64,000 nucleotides of DNA, taken from the IMG/VR virus record IMGVR_UViG_3300029362_000001, positions 1-64,000 of that record; one strand, given 5' to 3'. Within the stretch, counting starts at the first letter, position 1; every line of letters starts with the position of its first letter. This stretch comes from a virus. The position numbers and the translations under genes were made by a program. Of the stretch, positions 18,702 to 27,988 are shown piece by piece. The notes beneath the pieces were generated by a model, which had not been told where the DNA came from, searched no databases, and saw nothing but the letters and a program-made list of their open reading frames with translations.

Positions 18702-18940
18702 GAATCAGAAAGATAATAGAGGATATAATTATTACTCAGTTTCTTAATTCGGAAATAGATATAATTCATGAAGAAGATGTGACGTTTAAAGAACTTGGAT
18801 TAGATTCTGTTGATCAAATTGAACTGGAAGTGATGGTGGAACAAAAATTCAATATTGTTATTATTGATTATGATATGGAGACCATCAAAGATATGACTGA
18901 TCTTGTTTACAAAATAATAACAGAAGGGTATGGGAAGTGA
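18689..18940 (+). CDS. Acyl carrier protein homologue (83 aa)
   Basis: FKELGLDSVDQIELEVMVEQKFNI matches the ACP phosphopantetheine-attachment motif (LGxDSLD ... ELVMxxEEEF); the size is typical of ACPs. Confidence 0.6.
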   Translation: MEKVRIRKIIEDIIITQFLNSEIDIIHEEDVTFKELGLDSVDQIELEVMVEQKFNIVIIDYDMETIKDMTDLVYKIITEGYGK

Positions 18941-19424
18941 CATAATTTTATGCATGGCTTTAATAGCGTCATTTGCTTTTGTTATACAGTTTTTGTTGTC
19001 GATATTAGGATCTGATCTGGATACGGATATTGACATTGACAGTGCTTCTGATTTAAGCATGTCTTTGTCGGATATCATATCATTCAAGGGCATAACACAT
19101 TTTATTCTTGGATATAGCTGGACTACCTACTTTTCGGGTTCCCATTTAGTAGGGGTTGTGATAGGGTCGTTTTTCTTTATCGTTTTGTTTTACGTATATA
19201 AGTTACTTCTTAAGTTAAAGCAAGAAATGGTATACGAATGTCCGGAAGATTTAAATGGAAGAGAAGTGGAGATAGTGTTTAGATCAGGGAAGAATCATTA
19301 TATGGTAAATATTTCAAAAAATGGAAGACAGGAGCAAATGAGAGTAAGATGCTTGTCTGGAAAAACCTACAAAAACGGTGACAAGGTGAATATAAAATAT
19401 GAAGAAGGAGAATTAGGTATCTAA
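18930..19424 (+). CDS. NfeD-like membrane protein (N-terminal TM helices plus C-terminal OB-fold-like beta domain)
   Basis: Two or three hydrophobic helices, then REVEIVFRSG ... VRCLSGKTYKNGDKVNIKYEEGE. It sits immediately upstream of an SPFH gene, the classic nfeD-flotillin pairing. Confidence 0.45.
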   Translation: MGSDIILCMALIASFAFVIQFLLSILGSDLDTDIDIDSASDLSMSLSDIISFKGITHFILGYSWTTYFSGSHLVGVVIGSFFFIVLFYVYKLLLKLKQEMVYECPEDLNGREVEIVFRSGKNHYMVNISKNGRQEQMRVRCLSGKTYKNGDKVNIKYEEGELGI

Positions 19425-19455
19425 TTTTTTTATCAACAATTAAATTTTAAAAGTT

Positions 19456-21156
19456 ATGACAACAATCATGTACGTGTCAGCTATCTTAGCTGTAGTGATT
19501 ATTTTGACAATCATCGGAGTCTTATCAAGGTATCGTAGATGTAAGCCTAATCAGGTCTTGGTCGTTTATGGTAAGACAGGTGGGGAAAAGAAATCGGCGA
19601 AATTATATCATGGTGGAGCGGCATTTGTCTTGCCTATTATTCAAAGCTATGATGTTTTGTCAATGGAGCCTATGCAAATAGATTGCAAGCTTACCGGTGC
19701 TTTATCATCTCAGAATATTAGAGTAGATGTACCTACGACCATTACAGTAGCTATCAGTACAAATCCCGAAATCATGCAAAATGCGGCAGAAAGACTTTTG
19801 GAGATGGATACCGAATCTACTGAAAATCTTATTACGGACATTGTTTACGGTCAGATGCGTTTGATTATTGCTGAAATGACAATCGAAAAACTTAATTCTG
19901 ACAGGGATGAGTTTTTGGATAAGGCAAGAAAGAACATTGACAACGAGCTTAACAAGTTAGGTCTTTACCTCCTGAACATCAACATCAGTGACATCAGAGA
20001 CGAAGCTGGTTATATTATGAACCTTGGTAAGGAGGCTGAAAGTAGGGCTCTGAACGAGGCACAGGCTAATATCGAAGAACAGGAGAAGCTGGGTGCTATT
20101 AAGATTGCTGTACAGCAGAAGGAGAAAGAAACGGCTGTGGCTAATACCAAAAAAGAGCAAGAGATTCAAATTGCTTGTACTGAAAAAGAAAAGGAAACGA
20201 TAGTAGCTGAAACGAAGAAAGAAAAAGAAATAGCCTTGGCTTTAACCGATAAAGAAAAACAGATCGGCGTAGCTCAAGCAGATAGAGACAGGGCTGCGGT
20301 TATCGCAAAAACTTTAACCGACAAGGAATCGGCGATTGTAAGATCTAAGGCAGAACTTGAAGTAAATAAAGCCGAGGCTGAAAGGATGGAAGAAGTCGGA
20401 AAGAATAAGGCTGAAGCTGACAAGGAAGCAGCTATAGCAATACAAGACTCTGAAGCTCAGATTAAGAAGGCTGAGGCTGAGAAAAATGCGTCTATAGGAT
20501 ACAACAATGCCCAGAAGGAGGTTGCTGTGTCAGTATCAGAACTACAGATCATCAAAGCTCAATCAGAGAAGAAGGCCGGAGAAGAAAAAGTTAAATCGGA
20601 AGCGGCTGTAAAAACAGCAAAAGAGCTTGCCGACAAAGAAGTGGAAGAAGCTAAGGCTAAGAAAGTTCAGGCTGCGCTTAAGGCTGAAAAGATTGTGCCG
20701 GCTGAAACCCAGAAGGAAGAGGCTATATTACAAGCTGATGCTGAGGCAGAGAAGATCAAACGCCGGGCTGAGGCAGAGGCAGCAGCACATTTGGCAAAAG
20801 CTGAGGCGGAGGCAAAAGCTATTCAGATGAAGCTGGAGGCAGAAGCCGAAGGTAAGAAAAAATCGTTGATGGCAGAAGCCGACGGATTTAAGGCTATGGT
20901 GGAAGCAGCAGAATCCAATCCTCAGATCGCCATCCAGTACAAGATGGTTAATCAGTGGAAAGAAATTGCCGGAGAACAGGTTAAGGCATTTGAGCACATT
21001 AACCTCGGAAATATCACGGTATTTGACGGCGGTCAGAACAGTACCGGTAATTTCCTTAACAATGTTGTCAAGACCGTCGCTCCGGCATTGGGAGTCATTG
21101 ATCAGCTTCCGATTGCAGATACTTTAAAGAAGTTAAAGGGAGATGACAAAAAATAA
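19456..21156 (+). CDS. SPFH/band-7 flotillin-like protein (566 aa) with an N-terminal TM helix and a long Ala/Glu/Lys-rich coiled coil
   Basis: N-terminal membrane anchor; SPFH-like region (VLVVYGKTGG ... GGAAFVLPIIQSYDVLSMEP); the extended EA-repeat coiled coil typical of flotillin/YqiK. Confidence 0.6.
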   Translation: MTTIMYVSAILAVVIILTIIGVLSRYRRCKPNQVLVVYGKTGGEKKSAKLYHGGAAFVLPIIQSYDVLSMEPMQIDCKLTGALSSQNIRVDVPTTITVAISTNPEIMQNAAERLLEMDTESTENLITDIVYGQMRLIIAEMTIEKLNSDRDEFLDKARKNIDNELNKLGLYLLNINISDIRDEAGYIMNLGKEAESRALNEAQANIEEQEKLGAIKIAVQQKEKETAVANTKKEQEIQIACTEKEKETIVAETKKEKEIALALTDKEKQIGVAQADRDRAAVIAKTLTDKESAIVRSKAELEVNKAEAERMEEVGKNKAEADKEAAIAIQDSEAQIKKAEAEKNASIGYNNAQKEVAVSVSELQIIKAQSEKKAGEEKVKSEAAVKTAKELADKEVEEAKAKKVQAALKAEKIVPAETQKEEAILQADAEAEKIKRRAEAEAAAHLAKAEAEAKAIQMKLEAEAEGKKKSLMAEADGFKAMVEAAESNPQIAIQYKMVNQWKEIAGEQVKAFEHINLGNITVFDGGQNSTGNFLNNVVKTVAPALGVIDQLPIADTLKKLKGDDKK

Positions 21157-21165
21157 ATACAATGG

Positions 21166-21187
21166 CCCAAGGTTACACTTGGGCCTA
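21166..21187 (+). terminator. Hairpin GGCCCAAG-gttaca-CTTGGGCC downstream of the flotillin gene
   Basis: 8-bp GC-rich perfect stem; no long T tract follows, so terminator function is uncertain. Confidence 0.35.
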
Positions 21188-21373
21188 ATTGAAGAAATAA
21201 AAGCAGCATTCATAGATTTCCTGCCGGCTGGGATAGTGCTTTTAAGTGCTTTACTAATTACGATATTTTTAACATGGATTTTGGACAAGATTTAGAACCA
21301 GAAGAACTGACCAAGCATTATGATCAGTGTTATGGAATTGATTTTGAAACAGAAGAAGAGGAGGATGAAGAGT

Positions 21374-21679
21374 ATGACTGATGAGGAATTTGTATTGGAT
21401 AATAAGAAAAAGGTTGTTGTAAGAAAAAGAATATCTTATTTAAACAAAGGGGATAAAGTATGGATTGTGTCTTCCGACGGGTATCTGCTACACACGGACG
21501 TAGTTAGAGCCGAACGCGGACGGTCTTATGTGGATATAGACGGGATTCTGTATTGGAAGCGAGGATTAGATGGCAAGCATCGTAATCGTAATAACTACAT
21601 GCAGTTTGCTATGACACCAGAAGACGGTAAAAAGTATGTCGTATATTACCCGGAAGGATTTAAAGACGATAGCTTATGA
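21374..21679 (+). CDS. Hypothetical protein (MTDEEF ..., about 101 aa)
   Basis: Internal ATG (M19) with a gaggagga SD. A short acidic ORF (about 21274-21381, 35 aa) overlaps the region upstream of this start. Confidence 0.45.
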   Translation: MTDEEFVLDNKKKVVVRKRISYLNKGDKVWIVSSDGYLLHTDVVRAERGRSYVDIDGILYWKRGLDGKHRNRNNYMQFAMTPEDGKKYVVYYPEGFKDDSL

Positions 21680-22695
21680 TGGTCCCAGAAACGCATTTGC
21701 TATATAAGGAGTTTAATGGTGTGAAACGTCTTGCCATATCTTATTCCCAGATAGATACGTTTCTTGCCTGTCCAATGAAATGGTATAAGACTTACGTAGA
21801 GGGCAAAAGGTCTACGGAAAAACAAGAAGCTACGTCTTATGGTACGGTTATCCATAAGACACTGGAATACTTCTTTAAGAACGGAAGACAGCCTTCTGGT
21901 AAAGACCTTGGAGAAGCAATAAGTTACTATGCTTACCAAGAAGACATACCTTGGCTATCACCGGAAAATATGATGATAGCCATGAAACAATCTGGGGAGC
22001 TTCTTGCTTGGATTGTGGATCTGTTTAAAAAAGACGGGAATAGGTTTATGATAGCTGATAGTGATCTTAATCCCTGTGAGAAACTTATCAGACACGGCGC
22101 TATAGTTGGAGTCGAAGAAGATTTTGTGCTGCCGTACCGTCTTCCTAAGCCTGTTGATATAAATGGTGACGTTCATACTCATGTGTACATAGTAGGATCG
22201 GTAGACCTTCATCTGGCTATAAAGAGCAAGAACGTAGTTCACCATTATGTCATAGATTGGAAATCAGGTAATAAGGTTTTTGATTCTAAGAAGTTGGAAA
22301 CGAATTTACAGCATCCTATATATTCGTTTTACATCTATAGAAAATATGGTGGAGTTCTGCCAGATATGAACATCTATTTCTTTACCAGGACCAGACAATA
22401 CCAAAAGGTTAAAGTTGATGAGGAACGTAAAACAAAATCTATAGAAATGCTAAATGACACTTTATCCAAAATGTATGATTTTGAAGATAATAGTGTAAAA
22501 ACATTTCAAGCGTACATCCAGGGGGCAGAAGGAGCCAGGTATAGCAAGCGGCGCGCCACCCTAAGCCAGCCTGTTCCGCAAAACAAGCTGCCCTGCCCGT
22601 CAGCACTGTGTTATTATTGTGACTTTGGATTACATAACAAAAACGAATGCCCTTTCTCTTCGGATTGGGATCCGTCTAAAAAGATAAAACGATGA
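21676..22695 (+). CDS. Cas4/RecB-like PD-(D/E)XK exonuclease with a 4-Cys (Fe-S-type) cluster
   Basis: N-terminal Cys (LACPMKWY), the core D ... IDWKSG ... QHPIY (QxxxY) and the C-terminal CPSALCYYC ... C arrangement characteristic of Cas4/AddB-type nucleases. Confidence 0.5.
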   Translation: MMVPETHLLYKEFNGVKRLAISYSQIDTFLACPMKWYKTYVEGKRSTEKQEATSYGTVIHKTLEYFFKNGRQPSGKDLGEAISYYAYQEDIPWLSPENMMIAMKQSGELLAWIVDLFKKDGNRFMIADSDLNPCEKLIRHGAIVGVEEDFVLPYRLPKPVDINGDVHTHVYIVGSVDLHLAIKSKNVVHHYVIDWKSGNKVFDSKKLETNLQHPIYSFYIYRKYGGVLPDMNIYFFTRTRQYQKVKVDEERKTKSIEMLNDTLSKMYDFEDNSVKTFQAYIQGAEGARYSKRRATLSQPVPQNKLPCPSALCYYCDFGLHNKNECPFSSDWDPSKKIKR

Positions 22696-22862
22696 AATAC
22701 GAGGATGTTCAAAAGTTAAGAACAAAATACCGGCAAGATCCGGAAGTTATAAACTTGACATACATGAGAGACGTTGCTGTACGATGCGGGAATTTCAAGA
22801 AAGCGTTTGAGATTCAGGAGAAGCTGGAGGATATATGGTTCAACTATTTAAAAGGAGTGTAA
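22692..22862 (+). CDS. Small hypothetical protein (56 aa)
   Basis: ATGA overlap with the upstream stop; fills a gap; below the track cutoff. Confidence 0.35.
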   Translation: MKYEDVQKLRTKYRQDPEVINLTYMRDVAVRCGNFKKAFEIQEKLEDIWFNYLKGV

Positions 22863-23185
22863 TGAAAGAAGATCTAATATGTGGAGTAGCGATCCTTTTG
22901 TATTTAGTTTTATTATACTTACTCACGACAGCTTTCATAAAAACAGGTAGAGCAGTAGAGCGTTATAAGATGAAGAAGAAAACTGACAAAATAAAAGTCG
23001 GTCAAAGATACGAACATAAGAACTACTTTGAGGATCCATTTGAAAGAGGCAAGCATGTGATTAAGATATTAGACATAAAAGAAGGGTACGCTCTATATGA
23101 GTACGAAGAAAAACTATATATACGTTCTTCTGAGAGTCTTGAATATATTGTTAAAAAATATATTTTAATTACTGATATAAAATAA
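22862..23185 (+). CDS. Hypothetical protein with an N-terminal TM helix
   Basis: Internal ATG (M10) preceded by an aaaaggag SD; TAATG overlap with the preceding small ORF. Confidence 0.45.
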   Translation: MKEDLICGVAILLYLVLLYLLTTAFIKTGRAVERYKMKKKTDKIKVGQRYEHKNYFEDPFERGKHVIKILDIKEGYALYEYEEKLYIRSSESLEYIVKKYILITDIK

Positions 23186-23191
23186 GGGGTT

Positions 23192-23578
23192 ATGGAAAAG
23201 AAAGTCACAATCAAAGAAGGGATGGATATTTTTTACAAAAATGCAGGGAAAGATATATGGGTCTATATTGGACTTTTTGGAAATAAAGTGCTATCCATTT
23301 TAAAAAACAAAGGTGTTATTGCATGTGAAAACGATGCTGAATATTGCGTGTTGATGGATGGAGAAGATCATTTTATAAGTATAGCAAAAGACATGAGTCA
23401 CGACTATTGTTGTGAATACGTTGTAGAAAGAGCAGAAGCCTACAGAGACTACCCCTCCAAAGGTGCTACATGCAGTGTATGTCTGTTTGAAGATAATGAG
23501 AATAAAGCGAGAGAAATGCTAAAGGAGGCGATAATAGAACTTTCAAAAAACAGTAAAATAGATTGCGATGGGCTTTGA
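23192..23578 (+). CDS. Hypothetical protein (128 aa)
   Basis: ATG start. Confidence 0.5.
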   Translation: MEKKVTIKEGMDIFYKNAGKDIWVYIGLFGNKVLSILKNKGVIACENDAEYCVLMDGEDHFISIAKDMSHDYCCEYVVERAEAYRDYPSKGATCSVCLFEDNENKAREMLKEAIIELSKNSKIDCDGL

Positions 23579-24989
23579 ACTTAGACCTTACCAAAAAGAG
23601 GCCGTAGATGCCGGGCTTAAGTTTCTTACAGGAAAATCTAAGAAGCCTGGCATAATAGTGGCCCCATGCGGAGCAGGTAAGAGCCTTCTGATATCCAAGA
23701 TAGCGCATGAGATAAATAGACCGACGTTAGTATTGCAGCCATCAAAAGAGATTCTGGAACAGAATTATGCGAAAGCCATATCATTTGGAGCTAAACCTAC
23801 CATATACTCTGCCTCATGTGGCGTAAAGGAATTATCGGCTATGACTTATGCTACACTTAAAAGCATAAAGAAAGACGTAGCAAGGTTGAAAGATATAGGG
23901 ATAGACACCTTATTGGTGGACGAATGCCACTCGGGGTATTCCCCTGAGGAAGGTTCTGAATTTATGGAGTTTATGAGCGAGTTTCCCGAGGCGAAGGTGC
24001 TGGGCTTCACCGCCACGCCCTGCCGCCTCCGGACCTACAGCTCCATGCTGGAAGGAAACTACAGCAAACTTAATATGCTGACGAAAGACGAACATAACTT
24101 CTTCAAGAAAATAGTTCATGTAATACAAATACAAGAGCTAACTTCTCAAGGTTTTTGGTGTCCACTTAAGTACGAACGATGGTCGTTTGATGAATCGGCT
24201 CTGATGTTAAACAGTACCGGAGCCGAATACACCAACGAATCTATCAAAGAAAGCATTGTACGAAACGGCTTAAACAACTCTATCTATAAGCGTCTTCTTC
24301 AGCTTATGAACGAGCGTAAGGCCATTTTGGTTTGCATGGATTCTATCGAATCATGTAATAGAATATCCGAGTTCATGAATGCCAGGATGGGAGCCATAAC
24401 AGGTGTCGTAACATCGCTAACAACCAAAAAGAAAAGAGAGCAAATCATATCCGATTTCAAAGAAGGTAAGTTAAAGGTCGTGTTTAATTATTCAACGCTT
24501 GCTACCGGATTTGATTTTCCTGAACTTGATTGTGTGATGTTTGGACGACCAACGTTCTCATATTCAGTATTTTACCAAATTGTAGGTCGAGCCGTCCGCA
24601 TCCATCCTGACAAGAAAGAGGCGCTGATAGTTGATTGCTGCGACAACATGAGGCGTTTCGGCCGGATAGAAGATTTAACGATCGAACAATTTCCTTCTAA
24701 GGGATGGTGTATGTTTGCCGGCGATCAACTTCTGTCCAATATAAGGATGGGTGATATTATTACCAAAGACGAAATCCTTCGCCGGGCAGCCTCGCTTAAA
24801 TCCGTAAATGGAGATGGTAGGAGAGAGGACGATCTTGACAGCATAATAATGTGGTTTGGAAAATATGAAGGAATTAGATTCAAAGACATACCGGTGTCGT
24901 ATTTTAGGTTCTTGGCTGAGAATATGGCAGTAAAACCGGGAGATAGGAAAGAAAAGATTATCGAATATTATAATAGGATAAAAGCATGA
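23568..24989 (+). CDS. SF2 helicase (DEAH/type III restriction res-subunit-like)
   Basis: Motif I APCGAGKS, motif II LLVDECH, motif III GFTATP and motif VI QIVGRAVR. Confidence 0.75.
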   Translation: MGFELRPYQKEAVDAGLKFLTGKSKKPGIIVAPCGAGKSLLISKIAHEINRPTLVLQPSKEILEQNYAKAISFGAKPTIYSASCGVKELSAMTYATLKSIKKDVARLKDIGIDTLLVDECHSGYSPEEGSEFMEFMSEFPEAKVLGFTATPCRLRTYSSMLEGNYSKLNMLTKDEHNFFKKIVHVIQIQELTSQGFWCPLKYERWSFDESALMLNSTGAEYTNESIKESIVRNGLNNSIYKRLLQLMNERKAILVCMDSIESCNRISEFMNARMGAITGVVTSLTTKKKREQIISDFKEGKLKVVFNYSTLATGFDFPELDCVMFGRPTFSYSVFYQIVGRAVRIHPDKKEALIVDCCDNMRRFGRIEDLTIEQFPSKGWCMFAGDQLLSNIRMGDIITKDEILRRAASLKSVNGDGRREDDLDSIIMWFGKYEGIRFKDIPVSYFRFLAENMAVKPGDRKEKIIEYYNRIKA

Positions 24990-25348
24990 ACAGCAAAAGA
25001 CGTAAGAAAATAGAGGATATTATTTCCAATTTGGAAAAGCATAAAACAGATCTTGAGTTTATCAAATCAAAGCTGTCAGAGGTCAGGCATAATCTGGATT
25101 CAGCCAAGGATGATGTTGATATGATTTTAGACGAGGAGACAGAAGCAAGAGACAATATGCCGGAGTCGTTACAAGATACAGAAAGATATTATCAATCAGA
25201 TGAGGCTGTAGCTAATATGGAGGCGGTTGTTGATGATATGGAAAGTATTGTAGGGGATTTAGAGAATGCGGTTTCAACCATTGATGATAAAATCGATGAG
25301 ATAGAAACTGATATTATAGGAAATTTAGAGGCAGCCATAGGCGCATAG
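24986..25348 (+). CDS. Acidic coiled-coil protein (120 aa)
   Basis: ATGA overlap with the upstream gene; D/E-rich. Confidence 0.5.
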   Translation: MNSKRRKKIEDIISNLEKHKTDLEFIKSKLSEVRHNLDSAKDDVDMILDEETEARDNMPESLQDTERYYQSDEAVANMEAVVDDMESIVGDLENAVSTIDDKIDEIETDIIGNLEAAIGA

Positions 25349-25397
25349 TATAAAAAATACAATAATAAAATTTAACACAGTATATTTGTATAGGTAT

Positions 25398-25425
25398 AAT
25401 ACGATACATATTTTTGTATCGTATT
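25398..25425. promoter_or_regulatory. Perfect 11-bp inverted repeat AATACGATACA-tatttt-TGTATCGTATT followed by a T-rich run; operator or terminator between the acidic-protein gene and the KilA-N gene
   Basis: Read directly; flanked by TATAAT-like AT-rich sequence. Confidence 0.5.
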
Positions 25426-25446
25426 ATTTTTTATGTGTTATATTTT

Positions 25447-26181
25447 ATGAAAACGAATGTCACAATGGTATCAAAAGACCGAGAATTATTTGGCGTAATA
25501 ATTAAGCAGGACACTAAAACTTCGTTTATGTCCTTAACAGACCTTCAGGAAGCCTACACGAAGAAGAGGGTTGAGATGGGGTGGAATGAAAAGAGAATAG
25601 AGAATATCCTATCTAATAAGGAGAGTGCGGAACGGGTTTACTATATCCTTGAAAAACAGGGATATAAGATAGAATCAGGATTTCCTGGTTTTATACAATC
25701 TGTTGAAAAAGAATCACTTATAAAAGTGATGAAAAAGATGGGAGCCTATAAAACAATGGGTAGAGGAGAGAATAGAAGGACTATGTGTAATCCATATATA
25801 TGGGTGCTTGTAGCTATGGAACTGAACCCTATGTTGTACGCTGAGGTTGTTACGTGGTTGACAGATAAGCTTATCTTAAACCGAATAGAGGCAGGTGATA
25901 AATACAATGTCTTATCAAGAGCTATATCAAGATTTCCGGATGCCGATTACTCCAAGATGGCTAAAGGCTTAAATTGGATTGTATTTAATGAGCATGAAAG
26001 CATGATAAGAAATAGGGCTACACAGGAGCAGTTGAAAGAACTTGAAACCCTACAGTCTAATCTTGCATTCTGCATAGAGATGGGAACCATCTCTTCTTTC
26101 TCTAATTTAATGAACATGATGAGATCTATATATGTAAAGAAATGGGGAGAAGAGGCTGTAACTTCTAAAAACGTAAAATAA
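25447..26181 (+). CDS. KilA-N domain protein
   Basis: NRRTMCNPYIWVLVAMELNPMLYAEVVTWLTDKL resembles the KilA-N C-terminal conserved block. The true ATG is M12 of the TTG-started track ORF. Confidence 0.5.
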   Translation: MKTNVTMVSKDRELFGVIIKQDTKTSFMSLTDLQEAYTKKRVEMGWNEKRIENILSNKESAERVYYILEKQGYKIESGFPGFIQSVEKESLIKVMKKMGAYKTMGRGENRRTMCNPYIWVLVAMELNPMLYAEVVTWLTDKLILNRIEAGDKYNVLSRAISRFPDADYSKMAKGLNWIVFNEHESMIRNRATQEQLKELETLQSNLAFCIEMGTISSFSNLMNMMRSIYVKKWGEEAVTSKNVK

Positions 26182-26182
26182 T

Positions 26183-26470
26183 ATGGGAGTAAAAGAAATA
26201 AGAGAACTACTTAGACTCTACAATCTCGAACATAGTGTCGTCCAAAACAAAAGCTCTGGGCGCTATTCTATTATTCTTCACAATAACATAATAGGAACGA
26301 ACGTAGACGGAGAGAAAGTAGTTGTATTCAGGACCATTCCGGAAGGAAGCAACACGTTCTCTATGGAACGAAATAGATTCTATGAGGAATTTGTAGAGGT
26401 TTTTGATGACGATAAGGCGATTGAAGCCGTAAGACAGTATTTTGAGAAAAACAGGAATGATAGGGTATAG
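26183..26470 (+). CDS. Hypothetical protein (95 aa)
   Basis: ATG start. Confidence 0.5.
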   Translation: MGVKEIRELLRLYNLEHSVVQNKSSGRYSIILHNNIIGTNVDGEKVVVFRTIPEGSNTFSMERNRFYEEFVEVFDDDKAIEAVRQYFEKNRNDRV

Positions 26471-26531
26471 GACGAAGATGAATTATATTACTATCTAAAT
26501 ATGGTAAAACAACGATAAAACAAAATAAAAG

Positions 26532-27077
26532 ATGGACGATATTATTATTAAAAAAGGAACCGATGTAGTTCTTAACAGAGATCTTAATGTTCGTGAAGTA
26601 ACAGTAGCCAGAAAAGGACTTAAGGTTGCATGTGAAAAGGATATCAAAAAAGGAGATACAGAAGTTACACTGTCATACGAAGGTCGTATGGAGTTCGATG
26701 TACCAGTTGAATATATATCTAAGAGTGATAATACTCTTTTTGAAAATAAAGAAAGTAAGTCGGTAAAGAATGACATCATTGACGACAAACTACGATGGGA
26801 TTTGCTTCCAATGGAAGAGATTGAGGATATTGTAAGAGTCTATCATGCTGGTGCAAAGAAGTACGGACCCAATAAATGGCAGAACCTTGACAACGGGTTT
26901 GAACGGTATCGTGCTGCGGCTGCCAGACACCTAATGGAATACATGAAAGGGGAAAGAATAGACTCAGATACAGGAGCTTTTCATCTTGCACAATGTGCAT
27001 GGAATTGTATAGCTATGCTGTGGTATGATAAGCACGGGAAAGGATTAATACCATTAAATAAGGAGGAAAAGAAATGA
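26532..27077 (+). CDS. dATP/dGTP pyrophosphohydrolase-like (phage dNTP diphosphohydrolase N-domain-like) protein
   Basis: The block LRWDLLPMEEIEDIVRVYHAGAKKYGPNKWQN ... RYRAAAARHLMEYMKGERIDSDTGAFHLAQCAWNCIAMLWY matches the conserved pattern of this phage domain family. Confidence 0.4.
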   Translation: MDDIIIKKGTDVVLNRDLNVREVTVARKGLKVACEKDIKKGDTEVTLSYEGRMEFDVPVEYISKSDNTLFENKESKSVKNDIIDDKLRWDLLPMEEIEDIVRVYHAGAKKYGPNKWQNLDNGFERYRAAAARHLMEYMKGERIDSDTGAFHLAQCAWNCIAMLWYDKHGKGLIPLNKEEKK

Positions 27078-27385
27078 CAATAGAACAACTAAATTATTTA
27101 TTAAGAAAAGAGCTTTATGCTATAAAAAACCATAAAGACAACATTGATAGAATCAAAAAAGAATATTTTGATTCCAATTATGGGTTAAAAGAAGGAGATA
27201 AGATCCGTATTTTACACGAAGCAGGAGATGAAATGATAGGCTTCTTGAAAAAAGTTGAAGTATGTGAAGACGGAGATCTGTACTTGACAATCCAAAAACA
27301 AAACGAAAAAGGTGACAGAGGCAGAGGGAAATGGAATATGTATCTATCATCAAAATTAATTAAAATAGAAAAATTATCAGATTAA
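27074..27385 (+). CDS. Hypothetical protein (103 aa)
   Basis: SD aggaggaaaa. Confidence 0.5.
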   Translation: MTIEQLNYLLRKELYAIKNHKDNIDRIKKEYFDSNYGLKEGDKIRILHEAGDEMIGFLKKVEVCEDGDLYLTIQKQNEKGDRGRGKWNMYLSSKLIKIEKLSD

Positions 27386-27392
27386 TAACGAT

Positions 27393-27935
27393 ATGATTAG
27401 AGCAAGATTTTACATTAAAAAATCCGACTGCGGTAACGACTACCGTCCAGTCAAATGGCCTATAAAATATCCATATTGGTGTAGTGGTGAATCCGATGAT
27501 TCATTCATACTTGTAGCGTATGCCGAAGACGAAGACAGCATAAAAGAGCTGTGGCCGGAAGCATACGATATTAATGTCTTAGAAAAAGATACTGAGGTTA
27601 AATTCACATTAAGATTTCCTAAGCCTAAATGGTATGAATTGCAAGAAGAGAGATCAGAAGAGTATGATAAATTATATGGTAAATTCGTATGGGTTACAGA
27701 CATGTGTCTAAAAGATGGGAAAATAAGAAAGGTAAAAGCCAGAATAGAAGATTGTGGTGGTCTTTTATTAGCCGACACTCCTGGTCGTTACACCCCTTAT
27801 CAGATAGGGGATTGTGCTTTTGAAAGCAAGGAAGAGGCTTTAAAACATGCAGAGGAACAGAGAACGGATTTAATTAAGTCTCTTAAGTTACAAATACATG
27901 AACTTGAAAATCTAAAATTTGAATGCGATGATTGA
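27393..27935 (+). CDS. Hypothetical protein (180 aa)
   Basis: ATG start. Confidence 0.5.
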   Translation: MIRARFYIKKSDCGNDYRPVKWPIKYPYWCSGESDDSFILVAYAEDEDSIKELWPEAYDINVLEKDTEVKFTLRFPKPKWYELQEERSEEYDKLYGKFVWVTDMCLKDGKIRKVKARIEDCGGLLLADTPGRYTPYQIGDCAFESKEEALKHAEEQRTDLIKSLKLQIHELENLKFECDD

Positions 27936-27988
27936 ATAATTTGATTATTTTACAAATAACGATTACATTTACGATATAAATCATTCAA

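Noticed and set aside
25381-25416. Bacteroidetes-type -7 promoter motifs (TAnnTTTG) and a crAss-like classification
   Set aside because: TAnnTTTG matches occur. However, most genes on both strands have strong AGGAGG-type Shine-Dalgarno sequences, which is atypical for Bacteroidetes and crAss-like phages, so the host is more likely an SD-using bacterium.
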